DNA of 64,000 nucleotides from Gemmatimonadales bacterium (GCA_965249575.1 OZ252244.1:1248001-1312000), one strand, 5' to 3'; positions 8,888 to 20,301 are shown, numbered from the stretch's first letter. A program made the numbers and translations. Notes: generated from the sequence alone by a model not told the origin.

Positions 8888-10264
8888 CTACTCGCGCGCG
8901 CTCACGCGCGCAGGTGGCGGCGCCCCCGTCGGCCCGTTGTCCCAGTCCTGCGCACTCGAGATGTTGGGCATCCCCCAGTCCCGCCCGTTCCAGCCGTCGA
9001 AGCCGTCCATTCTAAAGGCCCAAAAACCAGTGCGCATGTCGCTGATCACGATCAGCCCATCCGCATTGCGCACATCGATGCCGAACGCTCCGTTGTACAC
9101 GGTGGTGAAGTCGCGAAACCCAAACTCATGGGGGCCATCATACGTGTCGTAATACCCCACCGCATAGGGATTCGTCGGATCCATTAGGTTCAGGACCTGG
9201 AGCCCGTCTTCATAGGCCGACACGAACACGTACGGCCAGCGGACCTCCGCGTTGTGCGGGTAGGCCTTCCAATTCGCCGCCCAGGCACCCAGAGGGCGTG
9301 AGATCGTCGTCGACTCACCGTCCAGCGCTGGCTTCAGGTCGAAGACTCTGAACAGCGTGTACTGACAGCACGCATTGATCAATACGTAGCGACCGTCCGG
9401 AGATGGAACGAACGTGTGTCCACCCACCTGACCCGCGACCCCGACCACGGAAGCCAGCAGCGTCGGGTTCCCGACATCGGTAATGTCGAAAACGAAATTC
9501 CCACCCTCCATGGTGCCGCCATCGGGCCCGCCGACGTACAGCCTGTCCTGTCGAGTTGCCGGATCGTAGGCCGCGTAAAAGTCGTGATAGCTCGCGTTCG
9601 GCTCGCGCGGCTCCGGGAAGGGGATACGCCCCACCAATCCCTGCCCCTGTTCACCGGCCAGGAACCGCTCTAGATCGAAGATGCTCGCGTACGGCTGCCG
9701 GGTAAGGGCCGCGAACATCAGGGGACGACCGTCGGAGTGCTTGTAGAGGAAGAAATTGTGAATGCCGCCGGGCGATGCGGGCATCCGGAAGCGGCGAACC
9801 TCGACGATCTCAGTCGTATCGGGCAAGCTCGTGACATCGAACGCGATAGCGCCGAGGTCGACGTCGGGTCCGCTGCCTCGGAATTGGAAGGACTGCACGT
9901 AGTAGTACCGCCCCCGATGCTTGAAATACTTACCGTCCAGCGCCCCAGTACCCTGGTGGAGGTCCGCATCCTCGATTTCCCACGAATACCGCACTTCGGG
10001 CCGCTCGACATCCTTCAGGTCGATGATGTCGAAACCATATCGCTGGAGGCGTGGGACGTACGCGTAGGGCCGGGATAGCTCCTGCTCGATCTCGATGTCG
10101 GCGACGTCGAACACCGGACCGGGTAGGGGGAGATGCGACACGATCCGGATATTCGAGCTCCCCTGCTGGCCTGGGGGGTGCTGTGAGGAGGCAGGGGACG
10201 CGTGCATCAGTCCTCCGGCGACCGGGATTCCCAGACTGATCAGACAGACGAATCGGGGGTTCAT
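8888..10264 (-). CDS. Secreted LVIVD-like beta-propeller protein, paralogue 5
   Basis: ATG at 10264 with GGAG upstream; GGIHN, YHD, GHTF, ACCQY and HNAE; close to paralogue 4. Confidence 0.85.
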   Translation of the reverse strand: MNPRFVCLISLGIPVAGGLMHASPASSQHPPGQQGSSNIRIVSHLPLPGPVFDVADIEIEQELSRPYAYVPRLQRYGFDIIDLKDVERPEVRYSWEIEDADLHQGTGALDGKYFKHRGRYYYVQSFQFRGSGPDVDLGAIAFDVTSLPDTTEIVEVRRFRMPASPGGIHNFFLYKHSDGRPLMFAALTRQPYASIFDLERFLAGEQGQGLVGRIPFPEPREPNASYHDFYAAYDPATRQDRLYVGGPDGGTMEGGNFVFDITDVGNPTLLASVVGVAGQVGGHTFVPSPDGRYVLINACCQYTLFRVFDLKPALDGESTTISRPLGAWAANWKAYPHNAEVRWPYVFVSAYEDGLQVLNLMDPTNPYAVGYYDTYDGPHEFGFRDFTTVYNGAFGIDVRNADGLIVISDMRTGFWAFRMDGFDGWNGRDWGMPNISSAQDWDNGPTGAPPPARVSARE

Positions 10265-10277
10265 CTCATCTTCTCCA

Positions 10278-10422
10278 GAGAAGTAAGGAGTCCACGCCTC
10301 TCCGTCCGCAGTGAGTAAGAAGTGAACGGGCCCCACCCCGCAATCGTCGCGGAGGGCGGGAGGGCCACATCCTTACTACTGACTCCCCACTCGGCGGGGT
10401 GGCTGGGGGTAGGGCCTGTCTT
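10278..10422. repeat. Intergenic heptamer/palindromic element (copy after paralogue 6)
   Basis: CTACTGACTCCCCACTCGG at 10376-10394, with agtaaggag and agtgagtaagaagtga on the opposite arm. Confidence 0.6.
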
Positions 10423-11781
10423 TCAGCTCACCTGTGCGGGGCTCGTGGCCCCGTCTGGTCCGTTATCCCAGTCCTGGGCGCTCGAGACGTTGGGCATCCC
10501 CCAAGCGTGACCGTTCCACCCATCGAACCCATCCATCTTGAAGGACCAGAATCCTGTCTGGTAATCGCTGACCACGATCAAGCCATCGGCGTTTCGCACG
10601 TCGATCCCCCAGACACCATCGTATTGCGGGCCGATGCCACCGCCGGGACGGAGATTGCCACCGAGTTGCGGGCCGCCCTTCGTGTCGAAGTATGCGACAG
10701 TATAGGGGTTCGTTGGATCCATGATATTGATGACCTGGAGGGCGTCGTCTTGGCCGGCGACGAAAATGTACGGCCAGCGAACCTCGAAGTTGTGAACTGC
10801 ACCCTTCCAGTTGGGAGTCCACGCTCCGATGGAGCGTGAAAGGTTCTTTACCTCGCCATCGAGACCCGGCTTGAGATCGAACATTCGCGCGACCCCGTAC
10901 TGGTACGTCGGCAGGGGCATGGCAAGCGCATAACGGCCGTCGGGCGTCGGCGTGAATGTGTGCCCCCCCGCAAAGCCGGCCACCCCGGTCACCGACGTGA
11001 GCAGTTTCGGATCGGCCACATCGGTCACGTCGAAGACGTACATGCCACCCGCGCCGCCCCCGTAAAACTTGTCCTGGCGGGTGGCCGGGTCGTAGCCCAC
11101 GTAGAAATCGTGCCACCCGCTCCGACGGCCGCCGAGATCAGCGGGAACAGCGATCTTTCCGACTACGCCCCCGTCGGGACCACCGCTCGCCACTGCGTCG
11201 ATGTCGTAGACGTAGGCGTACTCGGACGTCGTGACGGCAAAGAACAGGGCCTGACCGTTGGAGTGTTTGTACGAGAACGTCTCGTGAAATCCCCCGGGCG
11301 CCTCGGGCACATGGATCCGTCCCACCTCCCGAATGGTCGAGGTGTCGGGCAGCCCAGTCACGTCCCATACGATGGCACCGAGATCGACGTTCGGCCCCCC
11401 GGGTGCGAACTGAAACCCGTTGACGAAATAGTAGCGTCCCCGGCTTTTCAGGTATGTGGGAGCCAGGGATCCCGATCCCCGATGCAGCTCCGGGTTCTCG
11501 ATTCGCCAGGAGTAGATGATCCGCGCGTTAGCCGGATCCTTGATGCTCACGATGTCGAACCCTGAGGGCACGCGGCGCTTATCGACATACACGTAGGGGC
11601 GGGACAACTCCTGCTCGACCTCGATGTCGGAAGTCGTAAACGGATCTCCGGGGAGCATGACGTGAGATACGATTCGGAGATTGGAACTGGCCTGATTCCC
11701 GGGCCCGGGGGGAAACTGCGCTGATGCCGAAAGGGGCAGGACAAGCGCTAGCGCGCCCAACCCGATAACTCGAGATCTCAT
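10423..11781 (-). CDS. Secreted LVIVD-like beta-propeller protein, paralogue 6
   Basis: Signal peptide ASA|Q from ATG 11781; GGFHE, WHD, GHTF, HNFE and the conserved tail. Confidence 0.85.
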   Translation of the reverse strand: MRSRVIGLGALALVLPLSASAQFPPGPGNQASSNLRIVSHVMLPGDPFTTSDIEVEQELSRPYVYVDKRRVPSGFDIVSIKDPANARIIYSWRIENPELHRGSGSLAPTYLKSRGRYYFVNGFQFAPGGPNVDLGAIVWDVTGLPDTSTIREVGRIHVPEAPGGFHETFSYKHSNGQALFFAVTTSEYAYVYDIDAVASGGPDGGVVGKIAVPADLGGRRSGWHDFYVGYDPATRQDKFYGGGAGGMYVFDVTDVADPKLLTSVTGVAGFAGGHTFTPTPDGRYALAMPLPTYQYGVARMFDLKPGLDGEVKNLSRSIGAWTPNWKGAVHNFEVRWPYIFVAGQDDALQVINIMDPTNPYTVAYFDTKGGPQLGGNLRPGGGIGPQYDGVWGIDVRNADGLIVVSDYQTGFWSFKMDGFDGWNGHAWGMPNVSSAQDWDNGPDGATSPAQVS

Positions 11782-11949
11782 TCCGGCACTCCTGGCATGG
11801 CGGGAAAAGTCACTGAACGGCGACCAGACGACCGTCTCCAGTCGAGTGGAGTTCGCATGAGTGGAATGTGCCCTCTGGGGTGACGGGGGGCAACCAGCAC
11901 CCACGGAAAGGGCGGGCCAACCGGGGCCCGTGTACTACTCGAATGCAAC

Positions 11950-12877
11950 CTACTTGGGCGATATGCCCCTGATGCGCCGTCGCATCGCACTCGCCCGTCG
12001 CTTGGCTCCGATTCTCACGAAGGCCTCAGCCGCAAAACCGAAGCAGGCGGCCGCCTTGTCGATCTTCTCCATCCGCATGAACAGAGTTCCAGTATCGCGC
12101 CAGACCTCGGCCATGGCCCACGAATGGCCGATCTTCGTCGCGAGCCGTTGCGCCCGCCGCATGAGACGTTCGGCGGGTTGGTACTGCTGAGCAATGCACT
12201 CCAGGTTGCCTAGGATACGCTGGGCCTCGATCTCCGCCAACGGATCGTCATGGGCCCGCGCTATCTGGAGTGCACGCTTCGCTTGCTGGCGCCCCAGGGG
12301 GATGTCGCCGAGCAACCCCCGAGCCTCTCCTCGCATCGCGAGGGCTTGTGCCACCATGCGCTGACTCTCGATCTGCTCGGCGCCGGACAAGGCCCGTTCC
12401 GCCGCGTCGTCGCTCTCGACGACGCGATCGAGATCCCGCCACACGATCCCCATGTTGATCAAGGTCTCGACGACCCCATGCCGCGACCCGATGCGATCGA
12501 ACCTGGCGTTGGCTCGACGGTAGTGCGCCAGCGCCGCCGCATTCCTCGCGAGGTAGAACTCGACGTTGCCCAGATTGTTGGCACAGCGCGCCATCATGAG
12601 CTCGTCACCGATGCGTTCGGCGATCGCGAGCGCCTTTTCGAAGCCCGTTCGCGCGTCCCGGAGCTCGCCGAGCGCGAAGGCGCCGGCCGCGGCCACGTTC
12701 TCAGCGCGCATCTCACCATCGACATCGCCAAGTTTCCGATACCGATCGCGGGCTTGCAAAGCGGCCGCCCGGCTCGGGCCATAGGTACCCAGGCGCCAAC
12801 GCGCCATCGCCGCGAGCAACAGCCACTCCGGGGACCGCTGAACGGGTGCGGGTTGCCCCTCGAGCTGCTGCCACGCC
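11950..12877 (-). CDS. Tetratricopeptide-repeat (MalT-like TPR) protein, 5'-truncated
   Basis: TPR helices ARCANNLGNV.F, ETLINMG and RILGNL. It begins abruptly at the end of the truncated sigma54 activator. Confidence 0.75.
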
Positions 12878-13705
12878 TCACACGTCCACCGAGCGACTCC
12901 GCGTAGATCCAACACGGCGGATCCGTTTGTCTTCCAGGACACGAAGCAGCTTCCCCTGGAGCATGAGTGGGAGATGACCGATCTCGTCGAGAAACAGGGT
13001 GCCGCCATCGGCCTCTTCGAACAGACCCGCCTTCGCCTGGCGGGCATCCGTGAAAGCCCCCCGCTCATGGCCGAAAAGCTCGCTTTCGAGTAGCTGGGCA
13101 GGGATCGCGGCGCAGTTCACCGCGACGAAGGGCGCCGACGCGCGCGTCCCACCATCATGGATGGCCCGCGCGAGCAGCTCCTTCCCCGTCCCGGTCTCCC
13201 CGGTGATCAGTACGGTGACGTTCTGGTGCACCATGACGCGACGGGCTTTCTGGATCGTCTCGCGCAGTAACCGGCTGTCACCGATCAAGGTGCGGAACGC
13301 CTCGTCCCCTTGTGCTCCCGGACCGCTCGTGGTTCGCTCCCGAGCCAGCTCCGCCCTGCCTTGGAGGGTGCGGCGGAGTAGGTCGGCGTCACCGGGGAGC
13401 GAGAAATAGTCGGTGGCGCCCTGTCGAATGCTCTCTGCCGCGAACCGATGGGACGTGCTCGCGCCCACCACGTACAGCGCCGCCCTCGGTGCGACGTCGT
13501 GGTCGAGCTCGCGAAGGAGATCGAGAGCGCGGTCCTCTTCCCCACCCGCGCCGACTATCACGGCGAGGGACTCGATCCCCCAGATGTCGGCTGGATTGGC
13601 GTCGATGAGGGAAACACCCAGCTCGTCCGCGAGGTCCTGCCACACCGCGGAAAAAGACTCCGACAGCTGAACGACGACGAGCGCCGGCGCATCAGCATGA
13701 CTCAT
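12878..13705 (-). pseudogene. Sigma54-dependent transcriptional activator (NtrC-like), 3'-truncated
   Basis: Degenerate receiver domain, [31 protein letters not shown] and QGKLLRVL. It stops at RSVDV, lacking the rest of the AAA+ domain and the HTH. Confidence 0.85.
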
Positions 13706-14479
13706 CAGTCGCCCTCTATGCCGTCTTCGTCGGGATCCTCGAACGCCTTTACGGACTGCTTGATGGATTCCTTGACGGTGCTTTCGTTGACTCCGCCCTT
13801 GTTCGCCGTTGCGGGATCTACGAGAGCCCCCGTGGCGGACCGGAACCACGCGTCGACCCCCATTCGAATCGTGACATTGGTCTCCGCACCGGCGCCACCG
13901 ATCACCATCGGGGGAACCAGATCGAGCTCCTGTTCGACATCGAGGTCACTTTCGAAGGTATATGCCTGTTCATTGAATCGACCGCGTACCCGTATGCTCT
14001 TCCCATCGAAGTCCGGGTGCCCCTGGAGGAAGGCAGCATCGTCCGGGTCCCCGGAGCTCACCTTGTGAACCTCGAAATCGATTCGTTCATACGTCCCGCT
14101 CGGGACCTCAATCACGAATATCGAATCGGCGCCCGGGCCGAGGGGCAGGTCGATCAAGACGGGCCCAACTTCCACTTCCTCGCACCCGTCGGGAAGCACG
14201 TCGCAATCGCTGGTTTCCTGCGGCTTGATCTCGATCTTACGGAGCACGATCTCGACACTCGTAAGAATCAACGTGTCGGGTCCACTGCTCAGCGTGTCCT
14301 CTCCCAGCGTACGAACCGGTGAGAACCGGGGGACCGGAGCAACGCCCGGAGGAGCCTGAGTCGAGAACGAGACCTGCACGTTGCCGCGCTGTTCCAGTTG
14401 TGAGCCGTCCTGGGGCCCGGTGTTCTCGCCACATCCGAAGATGACCGCCGCGATCCACCCAATGAGAATGGCGGAACAT
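13705..14479 (-). CDS. DUF4382-like lipoprotein
   Basis: Lipobox-like IFG-C, GP.L.DLPL, VPSGTY..I.FE.HK, and VDP.TANKGG.NE..V..SI..S..AFED.D.DG. The RBS-preceded ATG at 14479 is one base out of frame (probable indel). Confidence 0.65.
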
Positions 14480-14688
14480 CTTATCTCTCCTATCGCTTTC
14501 ACAGAGCGCACGTACAGTCTCCAGCTACAAGGCGGGCCCATCGAGCGGCGCGACACCGCCAACCGCGACGGTCACCGATCGAACGACCCATACGTAGTCC
14601 GTTTCCAATGGTACTCCAAAGTGCCACACAGCAGGCGCCCGGGGCCGTCGGCCGGCCCCGGACCCCTTCAGTGTACCCTATACGCCGT

Positions 14689-14919
14689 CTAGTCCTCATC
14701 CCCGTCCTCGTCGTCGTCCTCGAACACGTGCATCGACTGCTTGATGTTCTCTTTTACGAGGCTTTCGTTGGCTCCACCCTTGTTACCTGTGTCCGGATCG
14801 ACCAGGGATCCGGAGGGCAATCGGAACCAGTCCGCCAGCAGAATGCGCACCGTGAGGTTGGTCGAGGCAGTGCCTTCCGTTACGACCAACGGGCGTGCGA
14901 GGTGAAGTTCCTGCTCCAC
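14689..14919 (-). pseudogene. C-terminal fragment of a second DUF4382-like lipoprotein
   Basis: VEQELHL..PLVV...TNLTVR...VDPDTGNKGGANESLVKENIKQS..VFEDDDEDG matches the C-terminus of 13705-14479. The N-terminus is absent. Confidence 0.75.
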
Positions 14920-14923
14920 ACCG

Positions 14924-14944
14924 TGAAACCGCTTGCCGGTTTCA
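14924..14944. promoter_or_regulatory. Perfect inverted repeat TGAAACCG-N5-CGGTTTCA, putative transcription-factor site
   Basis: Directly visible, in the AT-richer region upstream of the lipoprotein/sigma54-activator operon. Confidence 0.45.
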
Positions 14945-15180
14945 TTATTAAACCCATCCACGAGTTGTGAGTTGCCACCAAACCGTGGTACATCAGGTCT
15001 GGGGCACGGGACGTGCCGCGGCTCCGGGACCTGCCCGGGGCCAGCACTTATTTGATATCAATGACTTATGGCTTTATGACGAACGTCACACGGCGGGCTA
15101 CTGCATTGTTCTATTACAGCGTGGTCCAATTCGATGCATTGGCCGGCGCTTCTGAGGACGGCCGGCGGAAGGCAAAACGA

Positions 15181-16536
15181 TTAACGCATGCTCACCTCTC
15201 GGGCGCGGACAGGCGCCTCAGGTCCCGCATCCCAGTCTTGGGCGCTGGAGATGTTCGGCATACCCCAGTCGTGCCCGTTCCACCCGTCAAAGCCCTCCAT
15301 CTTGAACGCCCAGAATCCGCTTTGCATGTCTCCCGCGACAATCAGACCGTCCGCGTTGCGCACATCGACGCCGAACACGCCTGCCGCTTCTCCGCCCACC
15401 GAGTACGGCGTGACGTAATCGAACGTGTCGTAAAACGCCACCGTGTGTGGTTTGGTGGGATCGCGCATGTCGATTACCTGGACGCCATCCTCATATGCGG
15501 AGACGAACACGTAGGGCCACCGGATCTCCATGTTGTGCGAAGATTTGATCCAGTCCGCCGTCCACTCCGAGAGGGGCTGCAATACGGTGGGCCGCCCGGT
15601 GGCCAAGGCGGGCTCGAGGTCGAAGAACCGGAGCGGCGTATGGCCAAGCGACGTCATCTCCGTGATCCCATAGCGACCGTCCGGGGTGACCACGAACGTG
15701 TGCCCGCCGGACTGCTGGCTGGGGACCGCGAGGATCGTCGCGATGACTCTGGGGTCGCGGATGTTGCTGACGTCCACGACGTACTGGCCGCCCTCGTAGG
15801 TGCTCTCCGGACCACCGCCATAGAAGCGGTCCTGTCCGCTCACCGGGTGGTAGGCCACGTAGGCGTCGTGGTACCCACGCCGCGCGCCTCGGGGGCGGGG
15901 GAGCGGCACTCGACTCACCAGCCCGTGGTTGGGCACGCCACTCAGGAGCAGCGACATGTCGTATACGTTCGCGCCATGTGCATCGGTGATCTGCGACGCA
16001 GTCGTGGCAAACAGATACACACCACCGTCGGAATGTTTGTACGCGAAGATGTTGTGAAAGCCGCCGGGCGTGTCGGGGGCCCGGATCCGGGCCACCTCTC
16101 GTATCGTGGTGGTGTCTGGCAAGCCGGTCACGTCGAAAACAACGGCCCCCAGATCCGCGTTGGGCCCGCCGGCTCGGAAGCTGAACGACTGGGCCGTGTA
16201 ATACCGATTCTCGAGTTTGAAGTATTTGTTTTCGAGAGCCCGTCCCGGATGGAGATCGGCGGTTTCGATTTGCCAGCGCCACAGCTTCATCGGTCGATGG
16301 ATGTCTCGGACCTCGATGATGTGGAATCCCACCGCGGCTCGACCGGACAGATACACATAGGGCCGCGAGAGCTCCTGCTCGATCTCGATATCGTTGACGT
16401 CGCCGGCGCCCGCAAGCGGGATATGCGCCACGTAACGCATGTTGGCACTGCTCTGCTGCCCCGGAGGGTGCTGGGCACGCGTCTGTGAGCCGAGCAAGAT
16501 CCCAGGAATGAGCAAGCAAAAGACACGTCCGTTCAT
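15181..16536 (-). CDS. Secreted LVIVD-like beta-propeller protein, paralogue 7
   Basis: ATG at 16536 with GGAG RBS; TRA|Q; all motifs. Confidence 0.85.
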   Translation of the reverse strand: MNGRVFCLLIPGILLGSQTRAQHPPGQQSSANMRYVAHIPLAGAGDVNDIEIEQELSRPYVYLSGRAAVGFHIIEVRDIHRPMKLWRWQIETADLHPGRALENKYFKLENRYYTAQSFSFRAGGPNADLGAVVFDVTGLPDTTTIREVARIRAPDTPGGFHNIFAYKHSDGGVYLFATTASQITDAHGANVYDMSLLLSGVPNHGLVSRVPLPRPRGARRGYHDAYVAYHPVSGQDRFYGGGPESTYEGGQYVVDVSNIRDPRVIATILAVPSQQSGGHTFVVTPDGRYGITEMTSLGHTPLRFFDLEPALATGRPTVLQPLSEWTADWIKSSHNMEIRWPYVFVSAYEDGVQVIDMRDPTKPHTVAFYDTFDYVTPYSVGGEAAGVFGVDVRNADGLIVAGDMQSGFWAFKMEGFDGWNGHDWGMPNISSAQDWDAGPEAPVRAREVSMR

Positions 16537-16668
16537 ACCGTCTCCCCGCGCTACCGTGTGCCGGGACTGGTGAGTCGTACGTCTTGAGTAGTCACAGGTA
16601 GGGTGGTTCTGCGCTTTGGACGGCACGCCACATCATACCCACCACTCACCAAGTCACTAGATACCACC

Positions 16669-18021
16669 TTAACTCACCCCTCTGGGGCCGGATGCCATGT
16701 CCGGTCCGCTGTCGTAATCTTGCACGCTCGAGACGTTGGGCATGCCCCAATCGTGCCCGTTCCATCCGTCGAACCCCTCCATCCTGAACGCCCAGAACCC
16801 GCTGTGAAGGTCGCTGGCCACGATGAGGCCGTCGGCATTTCGAACATCCACCCCCCAGACGCCATTGGCGACACCACCACCCGAATACTCCTGTTCTCCC
16901 GTGTAGGTGTCGTAGAATGCGACCGTGTGGGGCTTCTTGGGGTTTCGCATGTCGATGACCTGTACACCATCTTCGTACGCGGACACGAACACGAAGGGCC
17001 AGCGAATCTCCATGTTGTGGGAGGACTTCCGCCAGTCAGCCGTCCATTCGGCAATGGGCTGCAGGACTGCTTGTTTGCCCGTTAGGGCGGGCTGGAGGTC
17101 GAAGAACCGAAGAGGTGCGTGCCCGGGTGAAGTCATCTCGGTGATCCCGTATCGCCCATCGGGGGTGGCCACGAAGGTGTGACCTCCGGACTGCTGGCTC
17201 GGCACGGCGAGGATCGTCGCGAGGAGTCTCGGCCGAGAGACGTTCGTGATGTCGTACACGTAGTTGCCACCCTCGTAGGTCCTCTCGGGTCCCCCGCCAT
17301 AGAAGCGGTCCTGTCCGCTTTCGGGATGGTAGGCCACGTAGGCGTCGTGGTAGCCCCTGGCGGAGCCGCGGGGCTCTGGGAGGGGCACCCGCCCCGCCAA
17401 CCCGTGGTTCGCCGCACCGCTCAGCATGAGCTCCATATTGTAAATGTTGGCGCCATGGGGGTCGGCACGCTTCGCCTCTACCGTCGCGAAGAGATACACG
17501 CGGCCATCCGAGTGCTTGTAGGGGAACACGTTATGAAACCCGCCCGGATTCTCCGGGACGCGAATCCGGCCAGCCTCCCGGACGGTCGATGTGTCGGGCA
17601 GGCCCGTCACGTCGAAAACGATGGCACCCAGATCGCTGTTGGGTCCGCCACTTCGAAACTGAAAGGACTGAACGAAGTAGTAGCGGTTAGCCAGCTTGAA
17701 GTACTTGCCATCTCGTCCTTCCTGGCGCTGGCCCTGCAGCTCTGGATCCTCGATGAACCAGGAATAGATGACATTGGCCTCGGTGGGTTCCTTGAGATCG
17801 ATGATCTGAAAGCCGGCTGGCCGCAGCCGACGGGATACGTAGGCGTAGGGCCGGGAGAGATCCTGCTCGATCTCAACCTCCGACACCATGAGCGGTCCAG
17901 CGAGCGGTATGTGCTTGACGAGAGTCATGTTCGCGCTTCGCTGTTCCCCGGGGGCATACTGGGCGGTGAGGGACGCGGGCCCACAGGCCAGCACAAAGGC
18001 GGCCAAAAGACGAGGGGTCAT
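16669..18021 (-). CDS. Secreted LVIVD-like beta-propeller protein, paralogue 8
   Basis: ATG at 18021 with GAGGTG RBS; LTA|Q; all motifs. Confidence 0.85.
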   Translation of the reverse strand: MTPRLLAAFVLACGPASLTAQYAPGEQRSANMTLVKHIPLAGPLMVSEVEIEQDLSRPYAYVSRRLRPAGFQIIDLKEPTEANVIYSWFIEDPELQGQRQEGRDGKYFKLANRYYFVQSFQFRSGGPNSDLGAIVFDVTGLPDTSTVREAGRIRVPENPGGFHNVFPYKHSDGRVYLFATVEAKRADPHGANIYNMELMLSGAANHGLAGRVPLPEPRGSARGYHDAYVAYHPESGQDRFYGGGPERTYEGGNYVYDITNVSRPRLLATILAVPSQQSGGHTFVATPDGRYGITEMTSPGHAPLRFFDLQPALTGKQAVLQPIAEWTADWRKSSHNMEIRWPFVFVSAYEDGVQVIDMRNPKKPHTVAFYDTYTGEQEYSGGGVANGVWGVDVRNADGLIVASDLHSGFWAFRMEGFDGWNGHDWGMPNVSSVQDYDSGPDMASGPRGVS

Positions 18022-18154
18022 TCGATCACCTCTCGAGGAGTCGGGCTCGACGGCCGATGAAATGTTTTCTTGCGCACGAGAGTGGGTTGCAGGGCGGCGT
18101 GTATCCCTGGCCTCACGCGCCTTCCAGGTGGAATTTGCCGACGTGCCAAACGCG

Positions 18155-18769
18155 ATGCAAGGAAAATCCGGGATCGTGGGTGTGGCGGTCGCGTTCGAAG
18201 GCGGGCTCGCCGGCCTCGCGTGGGTCCTTGGCTGGTGGCTCTCGAGCCCGCCGCTCGAGCGCATATCCGTCGCCTGGGACGCCCTCGTGTGGGCAATCGC
18301 CGGGACGGCCCCCCTCGTGGCGCTGCTCTGGTGGTGGAGACGATCCGCCAGGAAGCCGTTCCAGGACCTCGACCACCTCCTCGACGAGACGGTCGTCCCG
18401 CTGTTTGCACGCTGCTCCTGGCTGGATCTGACACTCATCTCCCTGGCAGCCGGGTTCGGTGAGGAGATGTTGTTTCGGGGAGTCATCCAGCCGGTCCTGT
18501 CCGACTGGTCAGCCCCGTGGATGGGGTTGACCGCGACGAGCATCCTATTCGGCCTCGCTCACATCATCACACCCTCCTACGCGTTCCTAGCAACCGTCAT
18601 TGGCGCCTATCTGGGGTGGCTGGCGGTCGCCTCGGAGAACCTGCTCGTCCCGATCGCCGTCCACGCGTTGTACGACTTCGCCGCCCTGATCGTGCTCGTG
18701 AAGCCGCGTCGCGACGGCTCGCTCGACCAGCCCCAGGGGAAACTGCCGAGCCCTCGAGCCGACCAGTGA
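18155..18769 (+). CDS. CPBP (CAAX/Rce1-like) intramembrane metalloprotease
   Basis: Motifs EEMLFRG, FGLAH and HALYD; multiple TM segments. Confidence 0.88.
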   Translation: MQGKSGIVGVAVAFEGGLAGLAWVLGWWLSSPPLERISVAWDALVWAIAGTAPLVALLWWWRRSARKPFQDLDHLLDETVVPLFARCSWLDLTLISLAAGFGEEMLFRGVIQPVLSDWSAPWMGLTATSILFGLAHIITPSYAFLATVIGAYLGWLAVASENLLVPIAVHALYDFAALIVLVKPRRDGSLDQPQGKLPSPRADQ

Positions 18770-18888
18770 CGAAGTAACGACCGGCCTGGCATCAACGGGC
18801 TCACCCATCTATTCTTCGGCGGCAATTCCGGAGGCCGTCCCCTCGCGCCTCGTCCCCAGGTCCGCAACCCAGTCCTCAAGGAGCCCAG

Positions 18889-20301
18889 ATGAACGCGAAA
18901 GAGTTCTTTGCATTCGCCAAGAAGCATGACGCCGAGATGGTCGACCTCAAGTTCACGGATTTGCTCGGCACTTGGCAGCATTGCTCGTTCCCTCTCGAGA
19001 CCTGGGATGAGGACACGTTCGTCGACGGCGTCGGATTTGACGGATCGTCCATTCGCGGATGGCAGGGGATTCACGTATCGGACATGCTGGCGCGTCCCGA
19101 CCCCTCCACGACCTGTATAGACCCGTTCTTCAAGGAGCCCACCGCGAGCGTGATCGCGGACATCGTGGACCCCGTGACCCACGAGGACTACACCCGCGAT
19201 CCCCGGCACGTCGCCCGAAAGGCCACACAGTATCTGATCGAGACCGGCATCGCCTCGGTGTGTTATATCGGCCCTGAGCCCGAGTTCTTCATCTTCGATC
19301 AGGTCCGCTATGAGCAGAACCAGCATCGCGGCATGTACGAAATCGATTCGGTCGAGGGAGCCTGGAACACCGCACGATTCGAGGAGCCGAACCTGGGCTA
19401 CAAGCCCAGTTACAAGGGGGGCTATTTCCCGGTGAGTCCGACCGACACGTATCACGACCTCCGCGGTGAGATGGTCAGCGAAATGCGGCGGGTCGGGATC
19501 ATCGTCGAGGCGCACCACCACGAGGTGGGAACTGCGGGCCAGGGCGAGATCGACATGCGATACGCTCCCCTGCTGAGAATGGCGGACCAGTTCATGTGGT
19601 TTAAGTACATCATCAAGAACGTCGCCAAGCGGCAGGGCAAATCAGTCACCTTCATGCCCAAGCCGATCTTCGAGGACAATGGAAGCGGCATGCACACACA
19701 CCTGTCGCTCTGGAACGATGGCAAGCCGCTATTCGGTGGGGACGGATATGCGGGGCTCAGTGAGACCGCCCTCCACGCCATCGGCGGACTGTTGCACCAC
19801 GCACGGTCCGTGCTGGCCTTCGCCGCCCCCACGAGCAATTCCTACCGCCGACTCGTTCCGGGCTACGAGGCGCCGGTCAACTTGGCCATGTCGCAGCGCA
19901 ACCGGTCGGCGGCGGTCCGCATCCCGATGTACTCGGCGAACCCCAAAGCCAAGCGCCTGGAGTTCCGCTGCCCCGACCCGAGCTGCAACGGATACCTCAT
20001 GTTCTCGGCAATGCTTATGGCGGCAATCGACGGAATACAGAACAAGATCGAGCCGGGCGAGCCGTTGGATCGAGATATCTACGAGATGTCCGAGAAGGAG
20101 TTGGCCGGGACCAATAAGACACCGGAATCGCTCGTCGAAGCTCTGGAAACACTCGAGAAAGACCACAGCTTTCTCACGAAAGGCGAGGTCTTCACGGAAG
20201 ATCTCATTGAGACCTGGATCAGCTACAAGATGGAAAACGAAGTGGAGCCGCTCAGGCTACGGCCCCACCCCTACGAGTTTCACCTGTATTACGACAATTG
20301 A
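18889..20301 (+). CDS. glnA: Glutamine synthetase type I
   Basis: [63 protein letters not shown] and PHPYEF.LYY; AGGAG RBS. Confidence 0.97.
   Translation: MNAKEFFAFAKKHDAEMVDLKFTDLLGTWQHCSFPLETWDEDTFVDGVGFDGSSIRGWQGIHVSDMLARPDPSTTCIDPFFKEPTASVIADIVDPVTHEDYTRDPRHVARKATQYLIETGIASVCYIGPEPEFFIFDQVRYEQNQHRGMYEIDSVEGAWNTARFEEPNLGYKPSYKGGYFPVSPTDTYHDLRGEMVSEMRRVGIIVEAHHHEVGTAGQGEIDMRYAPLLRMADQFMWFKYIIKNVAKRQGKSVTFMPKPIFEDNGSGMHTHLSLWNDGKPLFGGDGYAGLSETALHAIGGLLHHARSVLAFAAPTSNSYRRLVPGYEAPVNLAMSQRNRSAAVRIPMYSANPKAKRLEFRCPDPSCNGYLMFSAMLMAAIDGIQNKIEPGEPLDRDIYEMSEKELAGTNKTPESLVEALETLEKDHSFLTKGEVFTEDLIETWISYKMENEVEPLRLRPHPYEFHLYYDN

Noticed and set aside
18022..18543. 174-aa N-terminal extension of paralogue 8 (and similar extensions of paralogues 5, 6, 7 and 13)
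   Set aside because: For paralogue 8 it overlaps the divergent CPBP gene. Downstream ATGs followed directly by a signal peptide match the family.
18787..18802. Sigma54 promoter upstream of glnA (TGGCATCAACGGGC)
   Set aside because: The GG-GC spacing is one base short of the required N10 and the TTGC box is absent.
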